Assembly: GCA_030390025.1 (NCBI GenBank)
Contig: CM059432.1
Coordinates: 29,576,001-29,640,000, forward strand
Source of the DNA: Squalus acanthias
Taxonomy: Eukaryota
Length of the DNA: 64,000 bases
Direction: 5' to 3'
In this document: one piece after another, positions 49,137-61,443 of the stretch
Layout: each line of letters begins with the position of its first letter
Position numbering within the stretch: position 1 is the stretch's first letter
Notes under the pieces: model-generated
Seen by the model: only the letters and a program-made list of their open reading frames with translations
Told to the model about the DNA's origin: nothing
The model's database searches: none
Made by a program: the position numbers and the translations under genes

Positions 49137-51024
49137 CTATTCACCCTTGTGCAATCCCTTAGTGCCTCTCGTTACTGTGCCTTTACCTACTCTAGTGCTC
49201 CTACAAAGTGTTGGCCCAGTGGCTGTAGCAGGGCTGGTGGAAGGCTGCTGAGTGTCCGTGCACGAGACTTCAGATGGCCTTGCAGGATGCCCTCGACCAG
49301 CTCTGGGCCTGGAAGGCCCGGCTGTAGACTGCACCACCTCAGCATGGGCAGCAGCAGTCTGGGCTGGCTGGATGACAGGCAGCAACAAGGGCAATGGCGA
49401 AGTGGCAGTGGTGGGAGCAGGAATGCTGTCATCCTGAGAGAGGACAGCAGGTTCCTACTCCACTGACCCACTGCCACTCCCTCGGGGCAGCACCTCAGCA
49501 TCCCTAGCAATCTGTCGGAGCACAGATTGCTGGCCTGCTGCGACACCATGAAAGGCCCAGCCACGATGGTGGCAGTTAGAGCTTGTGTGGCATCAAGCTA
49601 AGACTGCATGAGAGCAGTCTGAGATTGGATACCAACAAGCATAGTCTGCATTACAGCACTAAGACGTTGCGTCGCTTCCACCTGTGCTGCAAAGGAAGCT
49701 GCCAGATCGCCCATCACACGCAGCATCAGGTCTGGGTCACCACAGTCTCTCTGTGAGTCTACCATCCTTTCCAGACTAGAAATGATGGGCTCCATGGTGT
49801 GCGCAGAGCCTTGTGCAATGTTGCAGGCGGACTCCTCCACACTCCATACCATTGCCGAGACGCTCTTGGACACCCTTGCCATTGCACCTATCATCTCAGT
49901 GTGCACGCCCATCACGCTTCTTCTAAACGCCTCCCCATTGAGGTCCTCATCTGAGTCCTGTGCAGCAGAACTTGCCTGCAAACTCGCCCTCCGGGGAGCT
50001 GGCTCCCAAGCTACACTTTCCCCCTAGCCTTGCTGCAGCCCACTTGTCCCAGGTGCCTCACCCTGTACAGATCCCACTATTATACTAGTCTCTAAAGAAT
50101 GCGTAGTGCCAGTACCTGAGCTGGTGCCTGTGGGTGAGATATGCAGTGATGCGATGTGTTCTTCCTCCTCCTCTTCTCCCGCATCGCTCTCAACGGTGCC
50201 CTCAGGGGCAGGCTGCTCAGGTGCTTGCTCATTATCTGAAAGCATAAAGGCACAAGTCTTGGGTTAAGGTGAGGGGAGGGGGGCTGGAAGGGAGAAATGC
50301 ATGCCTACAGCATGATTAGCTGGAAACTGCGAAACGCTTGTGAGGTGAGGGGGAAGTGGGATGTGAGAAGAAGGAGTAGGGATGAACATACCGTTGTTGT
50401 CTCCAAGGGGGTCAATGTCGCCAGTGGCCACGGCACCCACCACCTGGTGCCCAATAATCTGCAGCACTCTATTTTCCAGAGCAGACAGTGGTTTGGAGTC
50501 GGCTTGTCCCCCGCCTGTGCACTCCTGCTCCCTCCTGTTGTGAGCCACCTTGGCCTGCAAGAGAAAGGAAAGTGTGTGAGTGAGTGTGGAGCAATGTATT
50601 TGAGTAAGACGCCTGCTATAGTTGAATAGCTGTCATTGTGTGCAATGTCTGAGATGTGGGTATGAGTTTTGGTAGGTAGAGATTGTTGGTGGGTGAGTGC
50701 TGGGGGTGTGGTGCTTTGGCCAGTGTGTGCAGACTATGGTTCAGATGATGGTATGTATCATTTGTTGAAGCATTCACTCACCCTGACCACCCGAGTGAGG
50801 TTGTTAAATTTCTTCCTGCACTGTGTGTGGGTCCTGGGAACCACAGTGCTGCCTGAGATGTGCTGCGCTACCTCCCTCCACATGGTGCGGAAGACTTGCG
50901 GTAAGGGCCTACTGCCACTTGCCGGGTAGAGCACCGCTCTCCGTCTCTCCACAGCAAGTACCAACGCCTCCAATGCTTGATCACAGAATCTGCAGGCTCT
51001 CTCCCTGGGGCATAGATCTGCCAT
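49137..51024 (-). pseudogene. Harbinger Myb/SANT-like gene; exons 51024-50782, 50554-50392, 50235-49137
   Basis: All four splice sites canonical; exon sizes 243 and 163 nt as in copy A; first premature stop TAG at 50024-50026, further lesions downstream; ends ...KGLHKGE*. Confidence 0.88.
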
Positions 51025-52019
51025 GAGTACAGCTGCTTCAGTCCTCCAGCTCCTTCTCCTTGACCTGCTGCTGCTTGCTGAGGCAGCTGCACAGCCAGCA
51101 ATGCTGAGATGAGGTTCTGCAGCATCAATGAACCTTCCCTTTAAGTATTAAAAAAAGCCTGTGGCAATCATGACTTGCAATGAGACGGCACCTGATATTG
51201 GTCCACCCTTTGCGTGTAACGCCAATGAGCTTGGGCTTTAAGACTTGAATTAGGACTCCAATCATTTCTTTGAGCAGTGAGCACGAATTTTGCGTACAGT
51301 CTAAAGCATTAGCGCCTGCGCTAATTCTCCAACTTTTCTAATGATACCGCCCATTCCTGGGCTATAATGAATTTCTAGCCCAATATATTTGAAAAGTGGG
51401 GTCAAAAGGTCCAAGTACTGTCATTTTTCCCTGATTATCTCCCATCCGATTTGCCTGATTATCTCCGAATCGATTTAATCGGCAACTGACACTTTGGCAA
51501 GATACATTGTGTGCAAGATTCTCAATGTCAGAAACTTTGCACACAGCAGAATAACACCCAGAAAATGCCCTGCTACCTGGGTCAGCAGCATCTTTGCTCT
51601 CCGAGTCATGGGCTACAAGTTTCTGATGCCTGTTTCCCAGGTTGATGAGGCAACAGTTAAGGTCACTAACTGATGAGGGAGAGGGGCTGAACCATTTAAG
51701 TGGACCAATAACTCATGTCAGTATATTTAAGGAGGCAGCAGACCTGATGCCCTTTAAGTCAACCTCTGAGTTGGCACCAAGGGAACAAATTCTTCAACAA
51801 ATCCAGCAACAGCACAGCATTACCCAATGGTGGTTGGCACATCTTCTCATGTCTATAGAGAGAACACTGTGCATCTATAAGGTGACATCACTCTTCCTTA
51901 TGGTTGACTGCATTCTTTTTTTCCAAAAGACAGAATTTCTTTGGATTTTCCTCCTATTGGCAGGTTTGCAGCGGGGCAGAACTATCGGAGTTGCAATGAT
52001 TGGGCTCCAACAACCAGGA

Positions 52020-53085
52020 CCATCTTCTTTTCTGTAGGCATGAGTCTAACCACTGGAGGTTGTCCCCTCGACCCCAGTTGACCTCAGTTTTTCTAGGGCT
52101 CCTTGGTGCCATGCCTGATCAAATGCTGTCTTGATGGCCAGGGCAGATCTTCTCATCTCCCCCTCTGGCATTCAGCTCTTGCATCTATGTGTAGATTAAG
52201 GCGTGAAAAAGTCTGGAGCCAAGTGGTTCTGGTGGAACTCGAACTGAGTGTCAGTGATCAAGTACCACTTGATGGCACTATTGATGACTTCACTTTACTG
52301 ATGATTGGGAAGAGATTGGGTGGTTATTGACCGCGTTAGATTTGTACTGTTTTTTGTGACGAGGACATATCTGGATAAGTTTTTACATTGTTGGGTAGAT
52401 GCCAGTGTTGTAACTGTACTGGAATAGCTTGGCCTGGGTGAGCAGATAATTGTAGTGCACAGATCTTCCACTACAGCCAGGATGTTATCAGGGGCCATGT
52501 CTTTGCTGTATCCAGAGCACTCAATCACTAATTAATGTCACGCAAAGTGAACTGAATTGGCTGGACTCTGGAATCTATGATGGTGATGACCTCCAGAGGG
52601 GATCGACTGGGATCGTCCACTTGGCACTTTTGGCTGAACAAACTTGCAAGCACCTCAGCCTTGTCTGTTGCACTCACGTGTTGGGCTGCACCATTAATTT
52701 GTTGCCTAGAAGCATTCTCAAGTGGGTGTGTCAGGGATACAGAACCTTGCTCTAATCCTTTGGTTGTGGCAGTGCTTGGCTCTGTAACCTGCTGCTTTTT
52801 GTGTTCAGCAGTTTTTGGTGTTCACCAGTTTAATGCCTCATTCTAAGGTATTCCTGGTCCGCCTTTCTACACACCTCATTGACCAGGTCTGGCTTGAAGG
52901 AGATGGAAGAGTGAGGAATGTACTAGGTCATGAGGTTAGAGATTGTGGTGGCAATAAATTATTCTGCTGATGGCCCACAGCACCTCATGAATGCCCAGTT
53001 TTGGGCTGCTAGACTTGTCCTTAGCATTGTTCCACAATGCACGATAGAGACAGTCTTCACTGTGAAGAGGAGATTTTATCTTCAA
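52020..53085 (-). mobile_element. Degraded internal part of a CR1/L2-group LINE (family of 3602-4683)
   Basis: GCATGAGTCTAACCACTGGAG matches 4660-4682 and extends upstream; heavily mutated. Confidence 0.6.
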
Positions 53086-53099
53086 GGAAGTCTTGGCTG

Positions 53100-53572
53100 G
53101 GAGTTTTTTTTCATTTATTCATTCAAGGGATGTGGGCATCACTGGCAAGGCCGGCATTTATTGCCCACCCCTAATTGACCTTGATAAGGTGGTGGTGAGC
53201 CACCTTCTTGAACCTTGTGGTGAAGGACAACTGAGTGGCTTGCTAGGCCATTTCAGAGGGCAGATTAAGAGTCAACCACATTGCTGTGTGTCTGGAGTCA
53301 CAGATAGGCCAGACCAGGTAAGGATGGCAGATTTCCTCCCCTAAAGGACATTAAGTGAACCAGATGGGTTTTTACAACAATCCAGTAGTATTACATGGTC
53401 ACCATTACTAATACTAGCTTTTTAATTCCAGATTTATTTAATTAACTGAATTTAAATTCCCTCCTGCCCCCCGCTCCTCCCGCGCTGCTGTGGTGGGATT
53501 TGAATTCACTTCTCTGGATCATTAGTCCAGCCCTCTGGATTACTAGTCCAGTAACATAACCACTACGCTACC
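53100..53572 (-). mobile_element. Full-length third-family (Meta-type) tRNA-derived SINE
   Basis: Head GGTAGCGTAGTGGTT...GAATTCAAATCC on the - strand, conserved centre, tail shared with the 3602 LINE. Confidence 0.75.
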
Positions 53573-54567
53573 ATAATTGGTTTGGATCTAGTCAGGCGGC
53601 TGGCTAGTTTTTAAGTGAGCAGTAGGTTACAGGGCCGCACATGCCAGGTGACAAAGGAATCTATCCAGGGCCACAGGCTGACATCTGGGAGTGGGAGGTG
53701 ATCCAGTCAGAGCTGCAATCTGGCTTCAGAGTGATGTTAATGCAGGGCACCGCAGTACCACCTACATTTAGGAGGACTGAAAGCGTGACACGAAGGTGTG
53801 ACAGATGTAACATGATATCCAAAATCGTGGCACAGGAAGCAAGTATGATGCAAACAGAAAGACTTTAAATATATTATATAACTAGATAAATTGAAAAAGA
53901 TGAGCAATTCTTCCTTGCCAGGCTTATCATTTCGTATTCTTTCCAGTCATGGGAACTCTCGGTGCAAAATTATCATCAATGATCTTATTGTACAAACGTC
54001 TAATGCCTCTGTTAAAATAGCAGAGAGAGGAATTTAATATTAGCATGTTAATAATTATACAATAATATTTCAAACCCTTGGTGCAGAAGGAGGAACAGGA
54101 CCCTCTCCTACCCAAATCCTAAAGTTTAATTCCAATGTTTAGCACCTCCCTTTATTTTAAAGTCGGATACTCTCTGTTTCACAATACCGTGTTTGCAGGG
54201 TCTGTGCAGCGAGTTAAGGTTTTACAGGAAGCCACCTCCTGCAGCTTCAGCCTATTCCCCTGATTAAATCAGGAATGCTGCCAAATGTAATCGGTTAACA
54301 TTTATTCTGACACCGTGCCAGGCCTACGATCACTTCAGCACTGGTAGAATCAAAGATTCATTATCCTAAATACCATCTAATTTGGAACAAAAATAAAAAC
54401 AATTAAAATTAAACAGTGAATGATGGACACGCTGGAGTGAGTTACAGGCCGTAATCTAATTGAGGGCTTTAGTGGCTTTGATATATATACACCCAATAGA
54501 TACAATTGGAGTAAGTTCCAGCTTAGAATTGGATGGTTTATATATAGAATAGTAATGGAGCTGCCAG

Positions 54568-55946
54568 TGTAGCAATACCAGGACCGGTACTTCTCAAGTG
54601 CTGTCTACACCTGTGGTATTTCCTGCAACACACATCTGAGGCTAACTGTAAGGTTTCCAAAATTTGCAGATCCCCAAAACCTAAGGAAAAAGGACTTTGG
54701 AACTACCTCAGAGTGATAATATTGCATTTGGGCCTAACATAAGAGACTGTAAGACCAAAAACCAAGTTTTGGCATTTTAAAAGCATATCTGGGCCTGTGA
54801 AGGGCGAAAAGGCTGTGAAGGAAGTTGGGTTCGACCTCTGCAAAAGCAGTTTTGGGTATTGCAGTTAAATTGCATTGTCTGGGGAATCGGGATGACCTCA
54901 CTCAAGCCCCAGCAAGCATTAACATTTTGACAATAGACCCTAGGAGGAGACAGCCCCACCCAAAACAACAGGTCCCATCAAACCGATTACAGAACCCATT
55001 AAAGACATGCATACAGCATATATTCGTTCGAAGTCCTAGACCCAGTCAAGAAACCCAAAACATGAGGACAATTCAAACTCCGATTAAACAACAGATCGAC
55101 AGGATGGAGCTATTTTGAAACCACTTCACACATTTACAAAACCAGTTAACATGCTAGTAAAGTCGTTACTGTTAACGAGGTCTTACAATGACCGGGATTT
55201 GATTGGGTTTTGATAAGGCCACTGCAATTTAGTATAATTGAAGGCCCATCAAGCAGTTCAGGAGTACAACAGTTCAAGTTCAACAGGAGGCAGTTCTGGA
55301 GTTCAATTTGAAAGCCTGTTTTTCAGCAGAAGTCAGTTCAGTAAGAAGGGAGTTCTCCAGTTCTCCAGTAAAACAGTTCAAGTTCAACAAGCAGGCAGAA
55401 GGCAGTTTCCACAGTTCTGCAAGAAGGCAGTTCCACAGCTTGAAAGAAGACAGTTTAAACAGAAAGCAATTCAACAAAGAAAGCCAACAGCTCCAGAAGT
55501 AGGCCGACATGCAAGAAGAGACCAGAGCGACCACCTCAGTGACCATCGGACACCTCGTGGCAACAAGGGCCTTACGAAACCTTATACTCAAAAGACTCTA
55601 AACCCTAACTCTCAACTGTCAAGGATTCGTTTGGTGAGCATTATCCCTGGTTCTTCAGAGTCCATCCTAGCTAGTGAAGTGGGATTGGGAGGGGTGAAGT
55701 ATTCTTCTAATGTTATTTCCCTCGCGTGTACCGAAGTGTTCCCCACCTTTAGAGTGTTAAGAGTGTTTGTGTTGTGTTTTACTTTCTTGAATAAAGATCG
55801 AAATTCTTTCATCAAAACCTGTTGTCTACTGCACCTTTGTTCACGACCCCCAAATAAGTCCAAGGTCTAGAACCAGGGGCGTGGGAGTGATTCGAACCGC
55901 TCACTGAGTCAGAGGTGAAGCTGACCCTACCACACCACCCCCTACA
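54568..55946 (+). mobile_element. Solo LTR, 1379 bp (Gypsy or ERV; class undetermined)
   Basis: TGTAG...CTACA termini; 4-bp flanks CCAG / CCAA; TATAAT at ~55233; AATAAA at ~55790; repeated CAGTTC motifs. Confidence 0.7.
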
Positions 55947-56089
55947 CCAACACATTACGATAAACCTTCAGCACTCCCGGCACACAGTACATGATGCACT
56001 GGGAGCGGCACAGGGGCAGGGGTACATTATCTGGTTCCAATAGATCTCAAAGGGCTCCTGGTCACATTTCAAACGGACCTGCAACTGGA

Positions 56090-56300
56090 GGGTTGGAGAG
56101 AGACAAGGGTCGAGAACTGCCCCATTCAGTAATATAGCTTTGGAAGCCCAGCTGCAGGAGGTCCTGCAGAGAAGGATAGATCTTTTTGGAGACTAGTGCC
56201 GCTGCAGCATAGATGGAGTTGACAGAACAAATGAACACTTGCTGACCTGAGGCCCAAATCTGGACGTTGTTAAGGAAGAGGTTTGCTGGAAGATGGAAGA
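56090..56300 (+). pseudogene. Very old Harbinger Myb/SANT exon-1 remnant
   Basis: Reads RTAPFSNIALEAQLQEVLQRRIDLFG, aligning with RARRFCDQALEELVFAVERRRAVLY. Confidence 0.55.
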
Positions 56301-56439
56301 TTGCCGAGATAAAATTATGCTAAAATGTGATTTTGTTTTAAAATAATAACAGAACATGTTGGAAAACACTCAGCAGGTCAGGCAGCATCTGTGGAAAGAG
56401 ATACAGAATTAACGCTCCATGGCTATGTCCTTTATAGAA

Positions 56440-56960
56440 CACAGCAGGCTACAATAATCATTGAGACTTTGGCAAGTTGCACTGTAACACTCCTCCTAAT
56501 CTGTTCAATAATCTGAACAGCTGCTTGAAAATGTGGATGGTGTGCTTGACTAAGACTCATGTGGAAGCGTGCGCCACACTGCACCTCCCCTCAGGTACGG
56601 TCCTCAGATTATGCAGTGGCATCGCCATCCATGGCTGGAGTGCAAATCCTTGGTCACCCAGCAGCCTATCTTGCAATCTTCAAATAATGAAGGAATAATG
56701 GGAACCGTCAGGGTAATAGACATTCACAGATACAATTCTGTTCTTGTGGTCACAGACCAGCTGCGCATTCATGGAGTGATAGCCTTTTCTGTTCACGATG
56801 GAATAGCATTGGAGCTATGGTCACACGAGTGTAGTCTTTGCTGCCCTGCACTTTGAGGAATCCTGGCACATGGTATAAGTGGAGACCTCTCACTTGTTGC
56901 TGCTTTCCAAAGGAATTCACTACATTAGTGACCTGCACAATGCAGACATGCATGGGAAAT
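56440..56960 (-). pseudogene. Very old Harbinger transposase remnant
   Basis: - strand reads GFLKVQGSKDYTRV, NRKGYHSMNAQLVCDHKNRI, LLGDQGFALQPW, FKQLFRLLNRLGGVLQ. Confidence 0.8.
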
Positions 56961-58054
56961 GAGATAGAAATCTCACTGCTTGGAAGGACACCTGTTTATG
57001 CAAAAAATAATGGTTACTTGGGACTGAGTCACAGGCTAGAATCTAATTGTTACGAATCCCTCTATTTGATTATTCCTTGTAGCTGGTCTCTTTTTTTATA
57101 AATTAAGTAAAACAGTTATGAATTAATGTGTAACAATTATTTCATGGTAGCTGTTTTGTGGTACCAGGAAATGCAGAGTTGACAAGAGTGCTTTAGGCCT
57201 TTTTTGGTGAACAGCGTGCTCTGATCGTAGTGTTGAAGTGGCATCAAGATATCTGCGGAAAATAATGAATTGTCATCATTGCAAATTTATCTGGGATATG
57301 GGTCCAAACCCAACTTGGATTGATAGGATCCAAGAGTGTAAGGGTCCTGGGTGAAATGAGTTTGGGTTTTATGTGAAAGGAAATTGCAGGGTGAGTTACA
57401 CAGATTTGCATTCCCCACACTGAGCTTCATATATCTGGAACACAAATAGGGAATTTGTGCAAGGAGGTCAGTGTGCCCTGCACAATTTAAAATGAATGAA
57501 CAGAAATTCATGGGAACTGCCTGTTTCAATTCTTGATATGCACAGCAGGCAAAACCTTATTTTTGCAATATTACTTCTGAACTTTTCTCTCTTTTTGCTC
57601 CTAGCCTCCAGCTACTCTGTTCTACATTCTTTTCTTCCTTCCTGTATCCTCACAGTATTGAAATCAGGACTCATTGCATTCCTACTCTAACTCTAACTTG
57701 GACCTCAAAACTGTGGAACTGCTTATCTTCCTCAGCCTTGCTTGCCTCCTCCAATGCACAGGTTTTTAAAACCAAAGTTTGGAGTCCATAAGTACAACCA
57801 CTAACAAAATAATCGTGTAGGACACGCATGTTCCACCCTCAAGCCCTTTAACTTTCCATTAACCTCTTACTACTCTGCTAATCAGTACAATGGGCTGTAT
57901 TAAGGATTTTTCATCAGGATCGGTTCAGTACATGTTTGAAAAACAAGCATTGAAAATAAGCATGCATTTAAGCAATTTCAAGCTGTCACTCGCCCTTGTG
58001 CACACACTGGGCTCTCATTCAGTCTCACGCATATACAGCATGCTTGCACACATC

Positions 58055-58239
58055 GGGGTAGATCTTGACTCTGTGCGATAGTGTAAAATAGGTGATGGCG
58101 AATCGGCAGCCTGTTTACATCTCTCCCGATTTTTACTTCCATTGAAGTCAACGGAAATAAAAATGGGGAGAGATGGAAAACGGGCTGCCGACTCACGACC
58201 ACCCATTTTATGCTATCGCACAAAGTCAAGATCTATCCC
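58055..58239. mobile_element. 185-bp fully palindromic MITE (Tourist/Harbinger-like)
   Basis: Arms pair imperfectly over ~85 bp; TIR 15/16; 3-bp TSD ATC at 58052-58054 and 58240-58242; a degraded relative lies at ~58305-58452. Confidence 0.85.
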
Positions 58240-59452
58240 ATCGTGTTCTCTCACACAGCTCTCTCACATATGCAGAATCTACTCAGCATGGTGCTCCCTC
58301 TCATGCATGGTGCAAAACGGGAGATAGCAAATCAGCAATCCTTTTTACATGTCCATTGACTTCAATGGAAAAGAAAATCAAGCAGTTTGCAAAACGGGCT
58401 TCGACTCGCTATTGCCCGTTTTGCTCTGCCGCCCGAGACAAATATATACCCCAGTGTTTCCAGAAACAACATGCTGTACCACTCCAGCTATCATACGTTA
58501 TTTAGAATCTTACACCATCCTATCACCAGCTGATACCTTAACATATTCTTTTTCACTTAAGGAGAAAAAAGTGCTCAAAATTTATTAGGTGATATTTATC
58601 CAATAAATTGCTTCTAGTCCCTGCTACTGTGCTTCCTCTTTCCGACCCTGTGCTTCTCTTACTGCCTAGCCTACTACTAAGACTAAGAGCGCCGACTGGA
58701 AGGAGCAAATCTGGTGTCAGGCGGCTGGTGCCTCAAAGGATGGAGGTGGCATGGCACGTCTGGGCCATAATATGGCCCTGCTACAGCAGGAACCATGTCT
58801 GAGAAGGCAGTGATTGTCCACGCCTCGCCATCCACTGGCTCTTCTTCAATCCTTTAAGGGTCTAGGCTTTGGTTTGGGCAAATGTGCCATCACTTTGAGA
58901 GGAAGCTGCCTCATCTGACCTGTAAGATGCACACAGCACACGGCTTATCAGCAAATCGCAGGTCCACAGCCCATATTTTCCAACCATGAATTTCAATGGA
59001 TGGAAAACCATGGGCAATGCAGGTACTATTTTGCAGCAAGCCATCTGACGGCTGCACGACGATGCCGGTGGCACAGAGACTATGACATTTACCCCACTGT
59101 CTCTGGGCAGGGGGCCCTCTGTCCTCATTCCTCTGCAGATGCCCATGAAGTTATCATGTGCTCCATGGCACTCTGCTATTATGTTAATCCCTCAGACCTT
59201 GCTGCTGTCTCAGAGGTCAGAGGTGCGCATTCTCCGTCAACCCTTGGAGGGTGTTCAGCTCAGTCTCAAAAGATGTAATAAAGTCCTTTGACTCACTAAT
59301 CACCACTAGGGTACCAATCACTTGCCCATTCAGTAGAGGACCGCCTCGGGCTGTGACCCTGGATAGCTGCTCCTCAGGTGCCACCTTCATTTGGTCCTCC
59401 TCACTTGTTGATTTGTGCCACGCCTGATGCTCCTTCCTCAAACTTGTTATCT

Positions 59453-60888
59453 AATAAGAACATAAGAAATAGGAGCAGGAGTAGGCTATTTGGCCCTTCG
59501 AGCCTGCTCCACCATTCAATAAGATCGTGGCTGATTTACTACCTCATCTCCACTTTCCTGCACTATCCCCATATCCCTTGATTCCCTTAATATTCAAAAA
59601 TCTATCGATCTCTGTCTTGAACATACTCAACGACTGAGCCTCTACAGCCCTCTGGGGTAGAGAATTCCAAAGATTCACCACCCTCTGAGTGAAGAAATTT
59701 CTCCTCATCTCAGTCCTAAATGGCCGACTCCTTATTCTGAGACTGTGACCCCTTGTTCTAGACTCCCCAGCCAGGGAAACATCCTCCCTGCATCTACCCT
59801 GTCAAGCCCTGTAAGAATTTTGTATGTTTCAATGAGATCACCTCTCATTCTTCTAAACTCCAGAGAATATAGGCCTAGTCTACTCAATCTCTCCTCATAG
59901 GACAATCCCCCCATCCCAGGAACCAGTCTGGTGAACCTTTGTTGCACTCCCTCTATGGCAAGTATATCCTTCCTTAGATAAATAGTCCAAAACTGTACAC
60001 AATACTCCAGGTGTGGTCTCACCAGGGCCCTATATAATTGCAGTAAGACGTCTTTACTCTTATACTCAAATCTTCTTGTAATAAAGCCCAACATACCATT
60101 TGCTTTCCTAATTGCTTGCTGTACCTGCATGTTAACTTTCAGTGATTCATGTACAAGGACACCCAGGTCTCTCTGAACACCGAGATTTCCCAATCTCTCA
60201 CCATTTAAAAAATACTCTGTTTTTCTATTTTTCCAACCAAAGTGGATAACTTGACATTTCTCCACATTATATTCCATTTGCCATGTTCTTGTCCACTCAC
60301 TTAGCCCGTCTATATCCCCTTGAAGCCTTCTTGCATCCTCCTCACAACTTACATTCCCACCCAGCTTTGTATCATCAGCAAACTTGGATATATTACATTT
60401 GGACCCTCATCCAAATCATTGATATAGATTGTGAATAACTGAGGCCCAAGCACTGATCCTTGAGGTACCCCACTAGTTACAGCCTGCCAACCCAAAAATG
60501 ACCCGTTTATTCCTACTCCCTGTTTTCTGTCCATTAACCAATCCTCAATCCATGCTATATATTACCTCCAATCCCATGAGCCCTAATTTTGTTTAATAAC
60601 CTCTTGTGTGGCACACTTATTTCTTATGTTCTTATAGGTCGATGATCAGCCATGATCTTATTAAATAGCGGAGGGGCCGTATGGCCTACTCCTGCTCTTA
60701 TTTCTTATGTTCTTATTTCTTATGTTCTTATCGAATGCCTTCTGAAAATCCAAATACACCACATCCACTGGTTCCCCTTTATCTATTCTGCTAGTTACAA
60801 CCTCAAAAAACTCTAACAGATTCATCAAACATGATTTCTCTTTCATAAGTCCGTGTTGACTCTGCCCAATCCTATTATTATTTTCTAA
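59453..60888 (-). mobile_element. CR1 LINE, 5'-truncated
   Basis: ORFs 59732-60277, 60349-60534 ([10 protein letters not shown]) and 60661-60996 (LDFQKAFDK); CATAAGAA tail. Confidence 0.93.
60621..60731 (+). mobile_element. Tail-only CR1/HE1-type insertion, antisense inside the CR1
   Basis: GATCAGCCATGATCTTATT...CCTACTCCTGCTC with TTCTTATG repeats on both sides; CTTAT duplicated. Confidence 0.75.
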
Positions 60889-61242
60889 TGCCCCAGATCC
60901 TTGAAACTGTGACAGTACTTGTGTCAGGTGAAGAGTGCAACTGGACAAACAGTGACGTGCTTGTGCCCTGGCTCCAACCAGACAATGCTGGCTCATCTTG
61001 GGGAGATGCTAGAGGAAGAGGAAAGGGAGATGTCTTCCAATGGGTTCAGGACTGAATGACTTCTAACAGAAGTAAGACACCAATGTATTACAGACAGTAG
61101 TGCAGCACGCACTGCAAACTCTGTGCCAAAAATGCCTAGGGCCATCTATTCAAATCTGGATAGCACCTTCAAACTAGGAGGACCCATGCCAATGTGCATG
61201 CATTAGCAATCATTATCAGCAGCCATCTCCTGGGCATACACA

Positions 61243-61265
61243 TCACACACACACACACACACACA
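61243..61265. repeat. (CA)n microsatellite
   Basis: Directly visible. Confidence 0.9.
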
Positions 61266-61443
61266 AGACATCAGATGTTAAAAATTGGCAGAGCGCCCAG
61301 ATAGCCATTGTTTGGACAGGCCAAATCCCAACAGTGCAGCATGCATGTAGCTTCTGGTAGCACTTCTGGTCCAAGCCCCACTCCCCTGCTCTTACCCCAT
61401 AGCCTTGCAAATGATTCCTTTTCAAGTATGCATCCAATTTCCT

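Larger units (their letters stand above)
47418..51381 (-). mobile_element. Two-gene PIF/Harbinger transposon, copy B (~4 kb), inverted relative to copy A
   Basis: Ends GGGGGGAAAAATTCGG and TGAATTTCTAGCCC; flanks TAT / AAT; transposase (+) converging on Myb/SANT gene (-). Confidence 0.9.

Noticed and set aside
23787..51381. A single 27.6-kb macro-transposon
   Set aside because: Outer flanks CAC and AAT do not form a TSD, and copy B has its own near-matching flanks.
58820..59170. Possible further decayed transposase 5' region
   Set aside because: Could not read a convincing motif in any frame.
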